Notes under the pieces: model-generated
Told to the model about the DNA's origin: nothing
Database searches by the model: none
What the model saw: only the letters and a program-made list of their open reading frames with translations
Translations under genes and position numbers: made by a program
Source of the DNA: an uncultured Nitrospiraceae bacterium
GTDB taxonomy: Bacteria; Nitrospirota; Nitrospiria; Nitrospirales; Nitrospiraceae
NCBI GenBank assembly: GCA_963730935.1
Contig: CAVSTP010000002.1
Location: 800,001-864,000 of the forward strand
Length of the DNA stretch: 64,000 nt
Reading direction: 5' to 3'
In this document: positions 38,819 through 47,316 of the stretch, one piece after another
How the letters are laid out: every line of letters starts with the position of its first letter
Position numbering within the stretch: position 1 is the stretch's first letter

Positions 38819-40434
38819 ACACCACAGGAAGACATCGGCCGCAGGACCACAAGATGTTCACTGCCCATCGGGTGGTGGCGTCAGTCAGCGCTGTCATCGT
38901 GAGCTTCGTCTTCACTCTCGGCATGAGCGCTGCGGCGCCGTCCGGCCTCGCGGATCGCGTCATCGAGCATAAGCTGGCGAACGGCATGACCATCTTAATG
39001 GTCGAACGGCATCAGGCTCCCGTCGTCTCGATCAACATGACCTTCGGGGTTGGCGGGGTGAACGAACAGGTGGGCCAAACCGGCCTGGCGCATCTCTACG
39101 AGCACATGGCATTCAAGGGCACCAGCACCGTCGGGACGAAGGATTACGAGAAGGAAAAGCCGATCTTGGACGAGCTGCATCGGGTTGGAACCGATCTCGA
39201 GCAACGCCAGCGCGACATTTCCCGGCGGGGCGCGGACATGCCGGTCGAGCCGGCTGAACGAGCCGCCATCGAGGAACTGCAGAAGCGGTTCAAGGAACTT
39301 CAAGACCAGGCCGCTCAATATGTCGCAGGTAATGAAATGGCGCTCCTCTATCAACGCCATGGCGGCGTCGGTCTCAATGCTTCGACCGGGAAGGACCTCA
39401 CCCGGTATGTCATCAGCTTGCCTTCCAACCGGTTGCCGCTTTGGGCGGCCATTGAATCCGACCGCATGGCCAGTCCGGTGCTCCGCGAGTTTTACAAGGA
39501 ACGGGGCGTCGTCATGGAGGAGCGCCGCTTACGGAACGACGACAGCCCCGCCGGATCACTCTATGAAACGTTCACCTCCGCGGCGTTTCGCGCCCATCAA
39601 TATGGTGTGCCGACGATCGGCTGGGAATCCGACATTCTCTCACTGACGCCGGCGGCCACCGAGGCCTTTTTCAAGACGTACTACGGTCCCGGCAGGGCGA
39701 CCGTCGGCATTGTGGGGGATATTAATCCGAAGGAGGTCGTGACCTTGATCGAGAAGACCTTCGGGAAGATTCCCGCCGGACCGCCGCCGCCCCAGATTGT
39801 CACCGTCGAGCCTCCTCAGCGCGGAGAGCGGCGTGTCGAAGTCGAATTCGACGCCGAACCGTCTTTAGCGATCGGCTTCCACAAGCCCGGCCTCGGCCAT
39901 CCCGATGACTATGTGTTCGATGTCATCGATGAATTGCTGACGGACGGACCGACCTCGCGCTTGTACAGCACGCTCGTGCGGGATTCCCGGCTGGCCGCGT
40001 CGGTCAATTCCGATGCGAACTATCCGGGTGTTCGCTCGGCCAACCTGTTCGTGCTGAGCGCGACTCCGCTCGCGCCTCACACGACCGCGGAAGTCGAGGC
40101 CGCCATCCTGGCCGAGCTCGAACGGCTCAAGAAAGAACCGGTCTCCTCCAAGGAACTGGAACGAATCATCAACAATCTCGATGCCGACATGGTTCGCGCC
40201 CTGCGGTCGAACAGCGGGCTGGCGTCCCAGCTGGCCCTCTATCAGACCGTGGCCGGAGACTGGCGCTATGTGCTCAAGTCCCGCGACAAGATTGCCGCGG
40301 TCACCCCGGCCGACATCCAACGCGTGGCTGCTCAATACTTTACGAAGTCGAACCGGACGGTCGCCACCCTGGTCAAGAAGACGGGCGCGAAACCGTTGAC
40401 CACCGCAGTGTCGAGTCAGGAGGGCCGGTCATGA
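38815..40434 (+). CDS. M16 (pitrilysin) zinc peptidase, catalytic subunit
   Basis: Inverted zinc motif HLYEH, NASTG and ERGVVMEERR; signal peptide. Confidence 0.92.
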   Translation: MNTTGRHRPQDHKMFTAHRVVASVSAVIVSFVFTLGMSAAAPSGLADRVIEHKLANGMTILMVERHQAPVVSINMTFGVGGVNEQVGQTGLAHLYEHMAFKGTSTVGTKDYEKEKPILDELHRVGTDLEQRQRDISRRGADMPVEPAERAAIEELQKRFKELQDQAAQYVAGNEMALLYQRHGGVGLNASTGKDLTRYVISLPSNRLPLWAAIESDRMASPVLREFYKERGVVMEERRLRNDDSPAGSLYETFTSAAFRAHQYGVPTIGWESDILSLTPAATEAFFKTYYGPGRATVGIVGDINPKEVVTLIEKTFGKIPAGPPPPQIVTVEPPQRGERRVEVEFDAEPSLAIGFHKPGLGHPDDYVFDVIDELLTDGPTSRLYSTLVRDSRLAASVNSDANYPGVRSANLFVLSATPLAPHTTAEVEAAILAELERLKKEPVSSKELERIINNLDADMVRALRSNSGLASQLALYQTVAGDWRYVLKSRDKIAAVTPADIQRVAAQYFTKSNRTVATLVKKTGAKPLTTAVSSQEGRS

Positions 40435-41894
40435 TCATGAAGGCTCCCTCATTACGGACAAGGCCGGGACTGAAAGCGGCCGTGCTTGTCATGGCCTTGC
40501 TGTCGGCGACGGTCATGGCGTGGGCTGGAGATCTGGCGGTCAAGGATCCTCGAATGATGAAGTTTTCCCCGGTCGAGTTCGCGCCGCCCGAACCTGCGCG
40601 GGTCGTTCTCGACAACGGCATGGTCGTCTATCTTCTGGAGGACCATGAACTGCCGCTGGTAAACCTGTCCGCGACAATGCGCACGGGCGGATGGCTGGAG
40701 CCGGCGGATAAAGTGGGGCTTGCTGCGCTGACCGGCGCGGTCATGCGAACCGGCGGAGGCGGGGGCAGGACCGCCGAGCAAATCGACGAGGAACTCGAGC
40801 AATTTGCGATCGATATCAACGTGTCGATGGGACGGCAGTCCGGGTCGGCCTCTCTGGACGTTCTGAGCAAAGATCTTGGCCGCGGGGTGAAAGTCTTTGC
40901 CGGGCTCTTGCGGCAGCCTGCATTCGAACCCCCTCGTGTCGAACTGGCCAAGCTCCAGACGATCGAGGGCATCCGGCGCCGTCAGGACAGCCCGGGGTCG
41001 ATCGTCGGACGGGAATTTCTCAAGCAGTTGTACGGGCCAGAGCACCCCAGCGCCCGCGAGAGCACGGTCGAATCGATCAGAGGTATCAGCCGAGAGGACC
41101 TTGTCGAGTTTCACCGACGAACCGTCCATCCCAACGGCATTATTCTGGGAGTCACGGGCGATTTCAAACAGGCTGAGATGATCGCATTGCTGCGTTCGAC
41201 GTTTGCCGACTGGAAGAAAGGTGACGTTCCTGAACTGAAAATCGCCAACGCACGCGATCCCGGCGGGCCGTCGATCGTCCGGTTCGTCAACAAAGACACG
41301 TCCCAGACGCATCTGCGGATCGGACACCTGACCATCAGAGAGGATGACCCGGATTACGTCCCGCTGGCCATCGCCAACGACATTCTTGGAGGCAGCTCGT
41401 TCCGCAGTCGGCTGTTCAACGACGTGCGCACAAAAAGAGGCCTGGCCTATTCCGTCGGCACCCGTTTGAACGTCGGTATGCATGATCAAGGGGTCTGGCT
41501 GATGCGGGCAGAAACAAAACTGCCTTCCACTCAGGAAGTGATCAGCCGCTTCGTCGCCAATATGGAGCGGATGCGGACTGAGCTGGTCACGGATGAGGAG
41601 CTGGCTGAGGCCAAAGAGGCTTATGTCAACTCGTTCGTGTTCGCGTTCGCGAGTCCTTCGGCCATCGTGGGTCGCTTCGTTGAATTGGAGTATGACGGGC
41701 TGCCCAAGGATTTCCTCCAGCAGCTCCGCGCGCGTGTCATTGCGCTCAAGAAGGAGGATATCCTGAGGGCGGCCCAAAAACATTTCCACTCAAGCCGTCT
41801 CACGATTGTGGCGGTCGGCCCCGGCGAAACTCTGCCGAAGCTGCTGTCGGGTTTCGGAGAAGTGAAGGAAATAAAGTTGGCTCCCGAGGGCTGA
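40431..41894 (+). CDS. M16 peptidase, non-catalytic partner subunit
   Basis: No HxxEH; contains SRLFNDVRTKRGLAY (R/Y pair); ATGA overlap with the preceding gene. Confidence 0.9.
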   Translation: MIMKAPSLRTRPGLKAAVLVMALLSATVMAWAGDLAVKDPRMMKFSPVEFAPPEPARVVLDNGMVVYLLEDHELPLVNLSATMRTGGWLEPADKVGLAALTGAVMRTGGGGGRTAEQIDEELEQFAIDINVSMGRQSGSASLDVLSKDLGRGVKVFAGLLRQPAFEPPRVELAKLQTIEGIRRRQDSPGSIVGREFLKQLYGPEHPSARESTVESIRGISREDLVEFHRRTVHPNGIILGVTGDFKQAEMIALLRSTFADWKKGDVPELKIANARDPGGPSIVRFVNKDTSQTHLRIGHLTIREDDPDYVPLAIANDILGGSSFRSRLFNDVRTKRGLAYSVGTRLNVGMHDQGVWLMRAETKLPSTQEVISRFVANMERMRTELVTDEELAEAKEAYVNSFVFAFASPSAIVGRFVELEYDGLPKDFLQQLRARVIALKKEDILRAAQKHFHSSRLTIVAVGPGETLPKLLSGFGEVKEIKLAPEG

Positions 41895-41897
41895 AGA

Positions 41898-41997
41898 AAC
41901 GGGACCTGTCGCCGCCTCGGGAGTCTGTCCGTCCTCACCCCGCCCGGTGTGGGGACCCCCCTGCGGCGTTCAGACTCCCGAATCGGCGCCACCCGTT
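41898..41997. repeat. Nested stem-loop intergenic element
   Basis: Pairings aacggg/cccgtt, cgccg/cggcg, tcgggagtctg/cagactcccga (11 bp perfect) and gtcctcac/gtggggac. Confidence 0.6.
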
Positions 41998-42059
41998 GTA
42001 CAATCAATCCATCGGTCGCCTGAGAGGGGACGGTGTAAGCCTAGGAATGAAGGCACAGC

Positions 42060-42899
42060 ATGCCGTTGGAAGATGATTTTTCTGACATTATTAAGAAGGC
42101 TCGCACTGGATTAAAACTCTCGGTTGGAGATGTGGCCCGGCTGACCGGCCTGCCTGGTGCGGACATCACGGCGCTGGAACGCGGGGATCAGCTGCACGAT
42201 CGGGCAGAACTCCTGGCGCTCGCCGCCGCGCTCGGACTCCGTCTGACCTCGCTGGAAGAAATTGTGCTGAATAAGTGGATTCCGCGACCGCTTCCGCTGA
42301 AGCCCGGTATCGAAACCGTGCAGGGAGAGATCAACGGGTACGCGGTGAAGGGCTACGTCGTTCATGATGCCGGTGAAGCAGTGCTCGTCGATACGGCCTA
42401 CAATGCGGAGATGATGCTAGAAATTCTCGAGGCACGCCGCCTGCGCCTGCTTGGCATCTGTCTTACTCACGGTCATGCGGACCATGCCGAAGGCATACAG
42501 CAGATCCTGCACCGGTGGCCCGTACCCGTCTATCTCGGGCCTGAGGACCTCACGCTACTCCATTGGAAACCTTCCGAACGGCAAGTTGCGAGACCCGACC
42601 ACGGCGGGACGATCCGCGTTGGCAAGTTGGAGATGCGGTGTCTTGCCACTCCCGGCCATACGGCCGGTGGCTTTTGCTATCGAGTGGAAATGCCATGGGG
42701 GCCGGTGTCGTTCGTCGGCGATACGTTGTTCGCCGGCTCGATCGGCCGATCCAATCCGGCGCAGCTCTATCATACTCATCTCGAGTCGGTGCAGCGGCAC
42801 GTGATGACCTTGCCGCCGGACTGTTTGCTGCTGCCGGGGCATGGCCCTGGGACAACGGTGCAGGAAGAACTGGAGCATAACCCCTTTTACACTCAGTAG
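42060..42899 (+). CDS. MBL-fold metallo-hydrolase with N-terminal XRE-like HTH
   Basis: IIKKAR...LSVGDVARLTGL...ITALERG HTH-like segment; THGHADH, TPGHT, GDTLF and PGHG motifs. Confidence 0.88.
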   Translation: MPLEDDFSDIIKKARTGLKLSVGDVARLTGLPGADITALERGDQLHDRAELLALAAALGLRLTSLEEIVLNKWIPRPLPLKPGIETVQGEINGYAVKGYVVHDAGEAVLVDTAYNAEMMLEILEARRLRLLGICLTHGHADHAEGIQQILHRWPVPVYLGPEDLTLLHWKPSERQVARPDHGGTIRVGKLEMRCLATPGHTAGGFCYRVEMPWGPVSFVGDTLFAGSIGRSNPAQLYHTHLESVQRHVMTLPPDCLLLPGHGPGTTVQEELEHNPFYTQ

Positions 42900-42922
42900 A
42901 GGCAACGCTGTAGGCAGGCCCA

Positions 42923-43894
42923 ATGGACCATCCGATGGGCGAGCACAGGCTTTCCGGTGGAACGGACGGAGGAAAAATGCCGTCCGATGTTCTTCCTTCA
43001 GACAATCTCTCTGATGGCCATGCGGAAGAGGAATCAAGCTTCTCGCGTTGGACATTGCCGCTCTTCTTGTTTGCTCTGACGGTCTTCACGACGTTGTGGG
43101 CCGGCGCCTATCAAGCGTACAGCGGCACTATCCGGGGGCCGGTGGCCTTTTTGTGGGAACATCCCGAGATGTTGCCAAGGGGGATTCCGTTTGCAGGCAC
43201 GTTGCTCTTCATCCTCCTCACCCACGAATTTGGCCACTTCATCCTCTCGAAGATCCACCGCGTGCCCGCGTCACTGCCGCTGTTCATCCCGGGGCCGCCT
43301 CATTTTATCGGGACCTTCGGCGCCATCATCCGGATGCGTGGGCCCATTCTGAACCGGCGTGCCCTGTTCGACATCGGGGTGGCGGGTCCGCTGGCCGGCT
43401 TTGCGGTTGCCCTGGTGGCGCTGGTGGTGGGGCTCTTCCTCTCGACCGTCGTGGACCGGACCTCGACGTTCGGCTTGCAGTTGGGCGAGCCGCTGCTCCT
43501 CAAATTGATGGCGTGGCTGATTGTCGGTCCGTTACCGCCGCAAGCCGATGTCCTGCTGCATCCGGTCGCGTTTGCCGCTTGGTTCGGGCTCTTTGTGACG
43601 TCCTTGAATCTCATCCCCATAGGCCAGCTCGATGGCGGGCACGTGGCCTATGCCCTGTGGGGGAACCGCCAGCGGACGATGGCCTTTGCCGTCATTCCGC
43701 TGTTGATCATGCTGGGATTCGTCGGATGGCCTGGGTGGTTCATCTGGGCGTTCATGGCGGGTGTCTGGGGCCTCGGTCATCCGCCGGTCGTTGATCCCCA
43801 GGTCCCGCTGGGACGGGGCAGAGTGCTGGTCGGGTGGATAGCGTTCGCTGTCTTTGTGCTGACCTTCGCCCCCGTTCCGTTCTCCTTCCACTAG
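42923..43894 (+). CDS. Site-2 protease (M50) family intramembrane metalloprotease
   Basis: HEFGH, GTFGAII, DIGVAGP and NLIPIGQLDGGH motifs. Start uncertain. Confidence 0.92.
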   Translation: MDHPMGEHRLSGGTDGGKMPSDVLPSDNLSDGHAEEESSFSRWTLPLFLFALTVFTTLWAGAYQAYSGTIRGPVAFLWEHPEMLPRGIPFAGTLLFILLTHEFGHFILSKIHRVPASLPLFIPGPPHFIGTFGAIIRMRGPILNRRALFDIGVAGPLAGFAVALVALVVGLFLSTVVDRTSTFGLQLGEPLLLKLMAWLIVGPLPPQADVLLHPVAFAAWFGLFVTSLNLIPIGQLDGGHVAYALWGNRQRTMAFAVIPLLIMLGFVGWPGWFIWAFMAGVWGLGHPPVVDPQVPLGRGRVLVGWIAFAVFVLTFAPVPFSFH

Positions 43895-43932
43895 CCGGCC
43901 TACGCTGGCGGTCGCTTCCCCTTCCATGACGA

Positions 43933-44517
43933 TCACGGCCGTTCCAACAATGGCGGACCAAGCGGCACGAGCTGGCGACCGGTGAAGGCTTGGGTCAGAC
44001 TGGCAACGGCATGGTAGAAGGCCATGGAGCCGACGGCGATGTGGAGTAAACCAGGGAGGGTTTCGTTTATGAGTCCCAGGCGCGCGAGAACCGTGCAAGA
44101 AAAGCTCATCGTGATAATGAGGTGAAGAAGGCAGAGCGTCGTGTTGCGGTATGCCGTCAGATATACCATGACGACGGAAAAGGCTGCGTACACGAAATCG
44201 ATTGGTGCGTAGAGCACCATGTCGAGGTGAAACGACGTGCTCTCGCTGACCAGTTTGGCAGTACAAACGGTCAGCCAAAAAAATCCGTACATGGTCAGCG
44301 CAGTGCCGCCCAGTTGCTCGTGATAGCGGATATCTGTGATGCCGGCCAGGATCTGCACGATACCGCCGAACATCATCGCGATGACCAATGTGCCGACTTT
44401 GTTCGATTCAGGGATTGCACCGACCTGCGCGACGCCAAGGGTCAAGGCTCCCACGGCAAGACCAAACAATCCAATCGCCAGCACATCGATGCGCCTCCGG
44501 TATTCTTCGTCGTGCAT
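43933..44517 (-). CDS. GPR1/FUN34/YaaH (SatP) family channel
   Basis: 6 TMs; GLFGL, FGGIVQILAG and GTALTMYGFFW motifs; GGGAGG SD before ATG 44517. Confidence 0.82.
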   Translation of the reverse strand: MHDEEYRRRIDVLAIGLFGLAVGALTLGVAQVGAIPESNKVGTLVIAMMFGGIVQILAGITDIRYHEQLGGTALTMYGFFWLTVCTAKLVSESTSFHLDMVLYAPIDFVYAAFSVVMVYLTAYRNTTLCLLHLIITMSFSCTVLARLGLINETLPGLLHIAVGSMAFYHAVASLTQAFTGRQLVPLGPPLLERP

Positions 44518-44664
44518 AAGTTTCCTCCCCAGCTGTACTGCATTAAGTGCAAACTGATGGCCCAGGCAAAGTGGCGCCGAGCATGCCTTAAGGACTATTG
44601 AAAAGACAAGCGGCATTCGGCAGACTCTGCAGTCATGAGGCGATCGCCGGAAGGAGGGTCCACG

Positions 44665-45147
44665 ATGCAGACGCAAGGGCACAGGTCGGTGCGTCTGTGG
44701 TCGGCAGGCATCTTGTGCGTGGCCTTGTTGTCCTTGCCTCGCCCCGGCCTTGCCGAGAAAAGCGGTGATCGTTTCACCCTCGTGATGAATGGCGCGGCCG
44801 TCAAAGATAATCAAACCGGATTGATTTGGGAGCAGGAACCTGATCGGGAGCATGACGTCTGGAGTCGTTCCAATGAACGCTGTGCGGCCAAGGACGTGGG
44901 CGGACAGAAAGGATGGCGCGGACCCACGGTGGAAGAACTTAAGACCCTGATCGATCCTGCCCAGCGCGATCCGTCGCTTCCACTAGGCCATCCCTTTTCG
45001 AATATCAAGTCCGAAATCTATTGGACGAGTACGCCAGATCCCAAGGACGACATCGTGGCCTGGCAGGTGAGTTTTTTCAGCGGCGAACCGGTCACGGATC
45101 AGAAATCGGGTACCCGCCGGATGTGGTGTGTACTGACCCTCCGTTGA
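44665..45147 (+). CDS. Secreted DUF1566 (Lcl C-terminal-like) protein
   Basis: VKDNQTGLIWEQ, WRGPTVEELKTL, YWTST and MWCV motifs; signal peptide; AAGGAGG SD. Confidence 0.85.
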   Translation: MQTQGHRSVRLWSAGILCVALLSLPRPGLAEKSGDRFTLVMNGAAVKDNQTGLIWEQEPDREHDVWSRSNERCAAKDVGGQKGWRGPTVEELKTLIDPAQRDPSLPLGHPFSNIKSEIYWTSTPDPKDDIVAWQVSFFSGEPVTDQKSGTRRMWCVLTLR

Positions 45148-45163
45148 AGTGAGGGGCTCGATG

Positions 45164-46843
45164 TTAATCGAGTCTTTCCCGATCCCGCTTCCTTTTCCAG
45201 ACATTCGCTAACGACGCCAGCTTGGCTCGTGCCGACTGGTGCTCATCGGCAAGGGTTTCCAGGGAATCGGATAGCCGCCTGGATTTCAGCACCGTGTAGA
45301 AGGTGAGGCCGATGGCCAGAATCAAGATGATCAAGAAATAAAAAATCCGTGTCAGGGGCGGCTCATCGGTCACCAGAAACAAGTTCATACCCCAAAAACC
45401 AGTGGTCGCCACGCCGATCAAACCCATGGTGGCCACCACGGTGAGGCGCACCATGGTCTCACCCTGTCGGCGCAAAGCCTCGCTGTCGAGATACTGGCTC
45501 ATGTCTTCAAGCTCCGACCTGAGTTCCTCATAGAGGCGATCGGTGCCAAGATGGTCGCTGATCATTCGATAGAGCTCCTTCACTTGCCCATGATCCGAAA
45601 CCTGATGGGACCAATAGCGGTGGCTGAAGCGCAGAAAGACACCCAAGGTGTGTCGAATGACGGCTCGGAACCGTCGCACGGAGTCTCGCTTCGTGATATC
45701 CAAGTTATTCGTCGCATCCACCAGACGATCGGCGAGCATCAGCAGGGCTGCCTTGTGAAAGTGAGGGATCAGGAACAAAAGGAAATATTCGTGCCGGAAC
45801 TGCTCAAGGTCTGTTTTTCGGTCCACGAATAGGCGCTCGCCGCAATCACCCACCATCGTGAATACGCGTCCGGTGCACATGAAGCGAGTCCCCGGATGCT
45901 CCAGTCCTTCTCCGTTCCAGTACCGGTCGTAGCAATAGCGCTCTTCAAAGTCCTGCAAGTAACGCTTGGAATAGGGGAGCGATTCGGGCGTGCCAGGTGC
46001 GGTCGCGAGCCCCAGCCGCACGAACTCTTCGCGGGTCAACGCTCCCGGATCATCCATCACGAGGTAGGCCATCACTGACATTAGGTGGTATTCAATCTGG
46101 CGGTATCGGAGGAGACCTTTCTTCCCGGAATGGTGAAGCACGAGCGGTTCGAGCAAAAATTCCCAATGAGAGGCGAGACTCGGTGCTCGATACCGGCAAG
46201 CGAACGAGAGGTATTTCTCACGGTTCTCATAATCGGATACGGCCAGCACCTTCTCTTCGGATGAGAGCCATTCCACCTGCTTGGGGCAGTGGCCTCCGTG
46301 CCCGTCTGGTTCCCAGTACGTGGGATAACAGCGGCCCAGCCGGAACAGCGCGTTCTGCGCCTGCGGCAACGGCAGATCGTCCGCAAACACCTCGACGACG
46401 AGAATCGCCACGTCGATGTCATAGAAGAAATACAGGTCCACATGCGCCACACTGAGGGTCACGGGGACGGTACGGGAGCCGGGGAACGTGACCCGTACCT
46501 TGGCGACATCGCAGCGACGAAATACACGGATGCAGGACTCCTGCTCGACGTCCCTGTCGCCCCCTTTGCCTTCTCCGTAGAGGAACCGTTGGACGTAGGG
46601 GAGGAATGTGACGAACTCGCTGTAATGCCGTTCTTGAAATTGATGAGGGTCGCCCGTGAACTCGTCCGCCAATTCGCGCCATGGATTGTCTTTGTCAGGA
46701 GTTTGCAGCCGCTCCCAATGTTTCTGAATCGGGGCGCCTTCGCGGATCGGCATTAACTGGATGGGCCAAAGCAGAATCTGTCGGAAGTGACGGACCGATT
46801 TATCGCTCGGATGAACCGTGGTAGCGGACATACCTGACTCCAT
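45164..46843 (-). CDS. Large CorA-like membrane protein
   Basis: Two C-terminal TMs with GFWGMN; long stalk helix; about 460-aa N-terminal soluble region. Alternative start 46831. Confidence 0.75.
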   Translation of the reverse strand: MESGMSATTVHPSDKSVRHFRQILLWPIQLMPIREGAPIQKHWERLQTPDKDNPWRELADEFTGDPHQFQERHYSEFVTFLPYVQRFLYGEGKGGDRDVEQESCIRVFRRCDVAKVRVTFPGSRTVPVTLSVAHVDLYFFYDIDVAILVVEVFADDLPLPQAQNALFRLGRCYPTYWEPDGHGGHCPKQVEWLSSEEKVLAVSDYENREKYLSFACRYRAPSLASHWEFLLEPLVLHHSGKKGLLRYRQIEYHLMSVMAYLVMDDPGALTREEFVRLGLATAPGTPESLPYSKRYLQDFEERYCYDRYWNGEGLEHPGTRFMCTGRVFTMVGDCGERLFVDRKTDLEQFRHEYFLLFLIPHFHKAALLMLADRLVDATNNLDITKRDSVRRFRAVIRHTLGVFLRFSHRYWSHQVSDHGQVKELYRMISDHLGTDRLYEELRSELEDMSQYLDSEALRRQGETMVRLTVVATMGLIGVATTGFWGMNLFLVTDEPPLTRIFYFLIILILAIGLTFYTVLKSRRLSDSLETLADEHQSARAKLASLANVWKRKRDRERLD

Positions 46844-46926
46844 CCCTGCATTCTAATACCGCATACCACCTCTCGTTGTCGACGCTCCACGCTGTCATAC
46901 CCCTGCTGTTCCACTCCTGACGTCCA

Positions 46927-46977
46927 TTTTTACTGAATTTTGATGTTCTGGGCTGACGGTTTAATCCGGCTTTGATG
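46927..46977 (+). promoter_or_regulatory. KdpE-like direct repeats (distal)
   Basis: tttttact/ttttgatg and gtttaatc/ctttgatg pairs, each with an 11-bp period. Confidence 0.5.
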
Positions 46978-47073
46978 CACCTTTGGATAGAGTACGTCGA
47001 GGGGCAAAAGGGGCAAAAGGATGAAGCAGCTATGACACTCGTGATCCTGGGCTCTGAGAAAACGTCCTAGTGA

Positions 47074-47092
47074 TTTTGACGCCGTTTTTACG
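47074..47092 (+). promoter_or_regulatory. KdpE-like direct repeat (proximal)
   Basis: ttttgacg-ccg-tttttacg, 11-bp period, about 45 nt upstream of the first kdp ORF. Confidence 0.6.
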
Positions 47093-47135
47093 CGGCATTT
47101 GGTAGCGTTCGATCGCCGCCAAGGAGACCTGATGC

Positions 47136-47216
47136 ATGGATTTTCTCCTACTCAGCCTGGGAATCGGATTTTTTCTTCTATCAGCATGGTTGATCTTCGC
47201 GTTAGACCGCCTCTAG
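47136..47216 (+). CDS. Hydrophobic micropeptide (26 aa) upstream of kdpF
   Basis: AAGGAG SD; MDFLLLSLGIGFFLLSAWLIFALDRL*. Confidence 0.65.
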   Translation: MDFLLLSLGIGFFLLSAWLIFALDRL

Positions 47217-47226
47217 AGGCTTGCTC

Positions 47227-47316
47227 ATGAACTCCATGTATGTGATCGGCGGAATCCTCTCATTAGGTCTGATGATCTATCTTCTCGTCGCCTTGCTCAA
47301 GCCGGAGAAATTCTGA
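47227..47316 (+). CDS. kdpF: K+-transporting ATPase subunit F
   Basis: MNSMYVIGGILSLGLMIYLLVALLKPEKF*, with the YL..ALL.PE.F signature; TGATG coupling to kdpA. Confidence 0.9.
   Translation: MNSMYVIGGILSLGLMIYLLVALLKPEKF

Noticed and set aside
40452..41789. 445-aa - strand ORF
   Set aside because: Antisense shadow of the M16 peptidase gene.
44518..44853. Extension of the SatP ORF to 306 aa
   Set aside because: Overlaps the DUF1566 gene; there is a good SD before ATG 44517.
47001..47020. ggggcaaaa tandem duplication
   Set aside because: Only two units; no support for a function.
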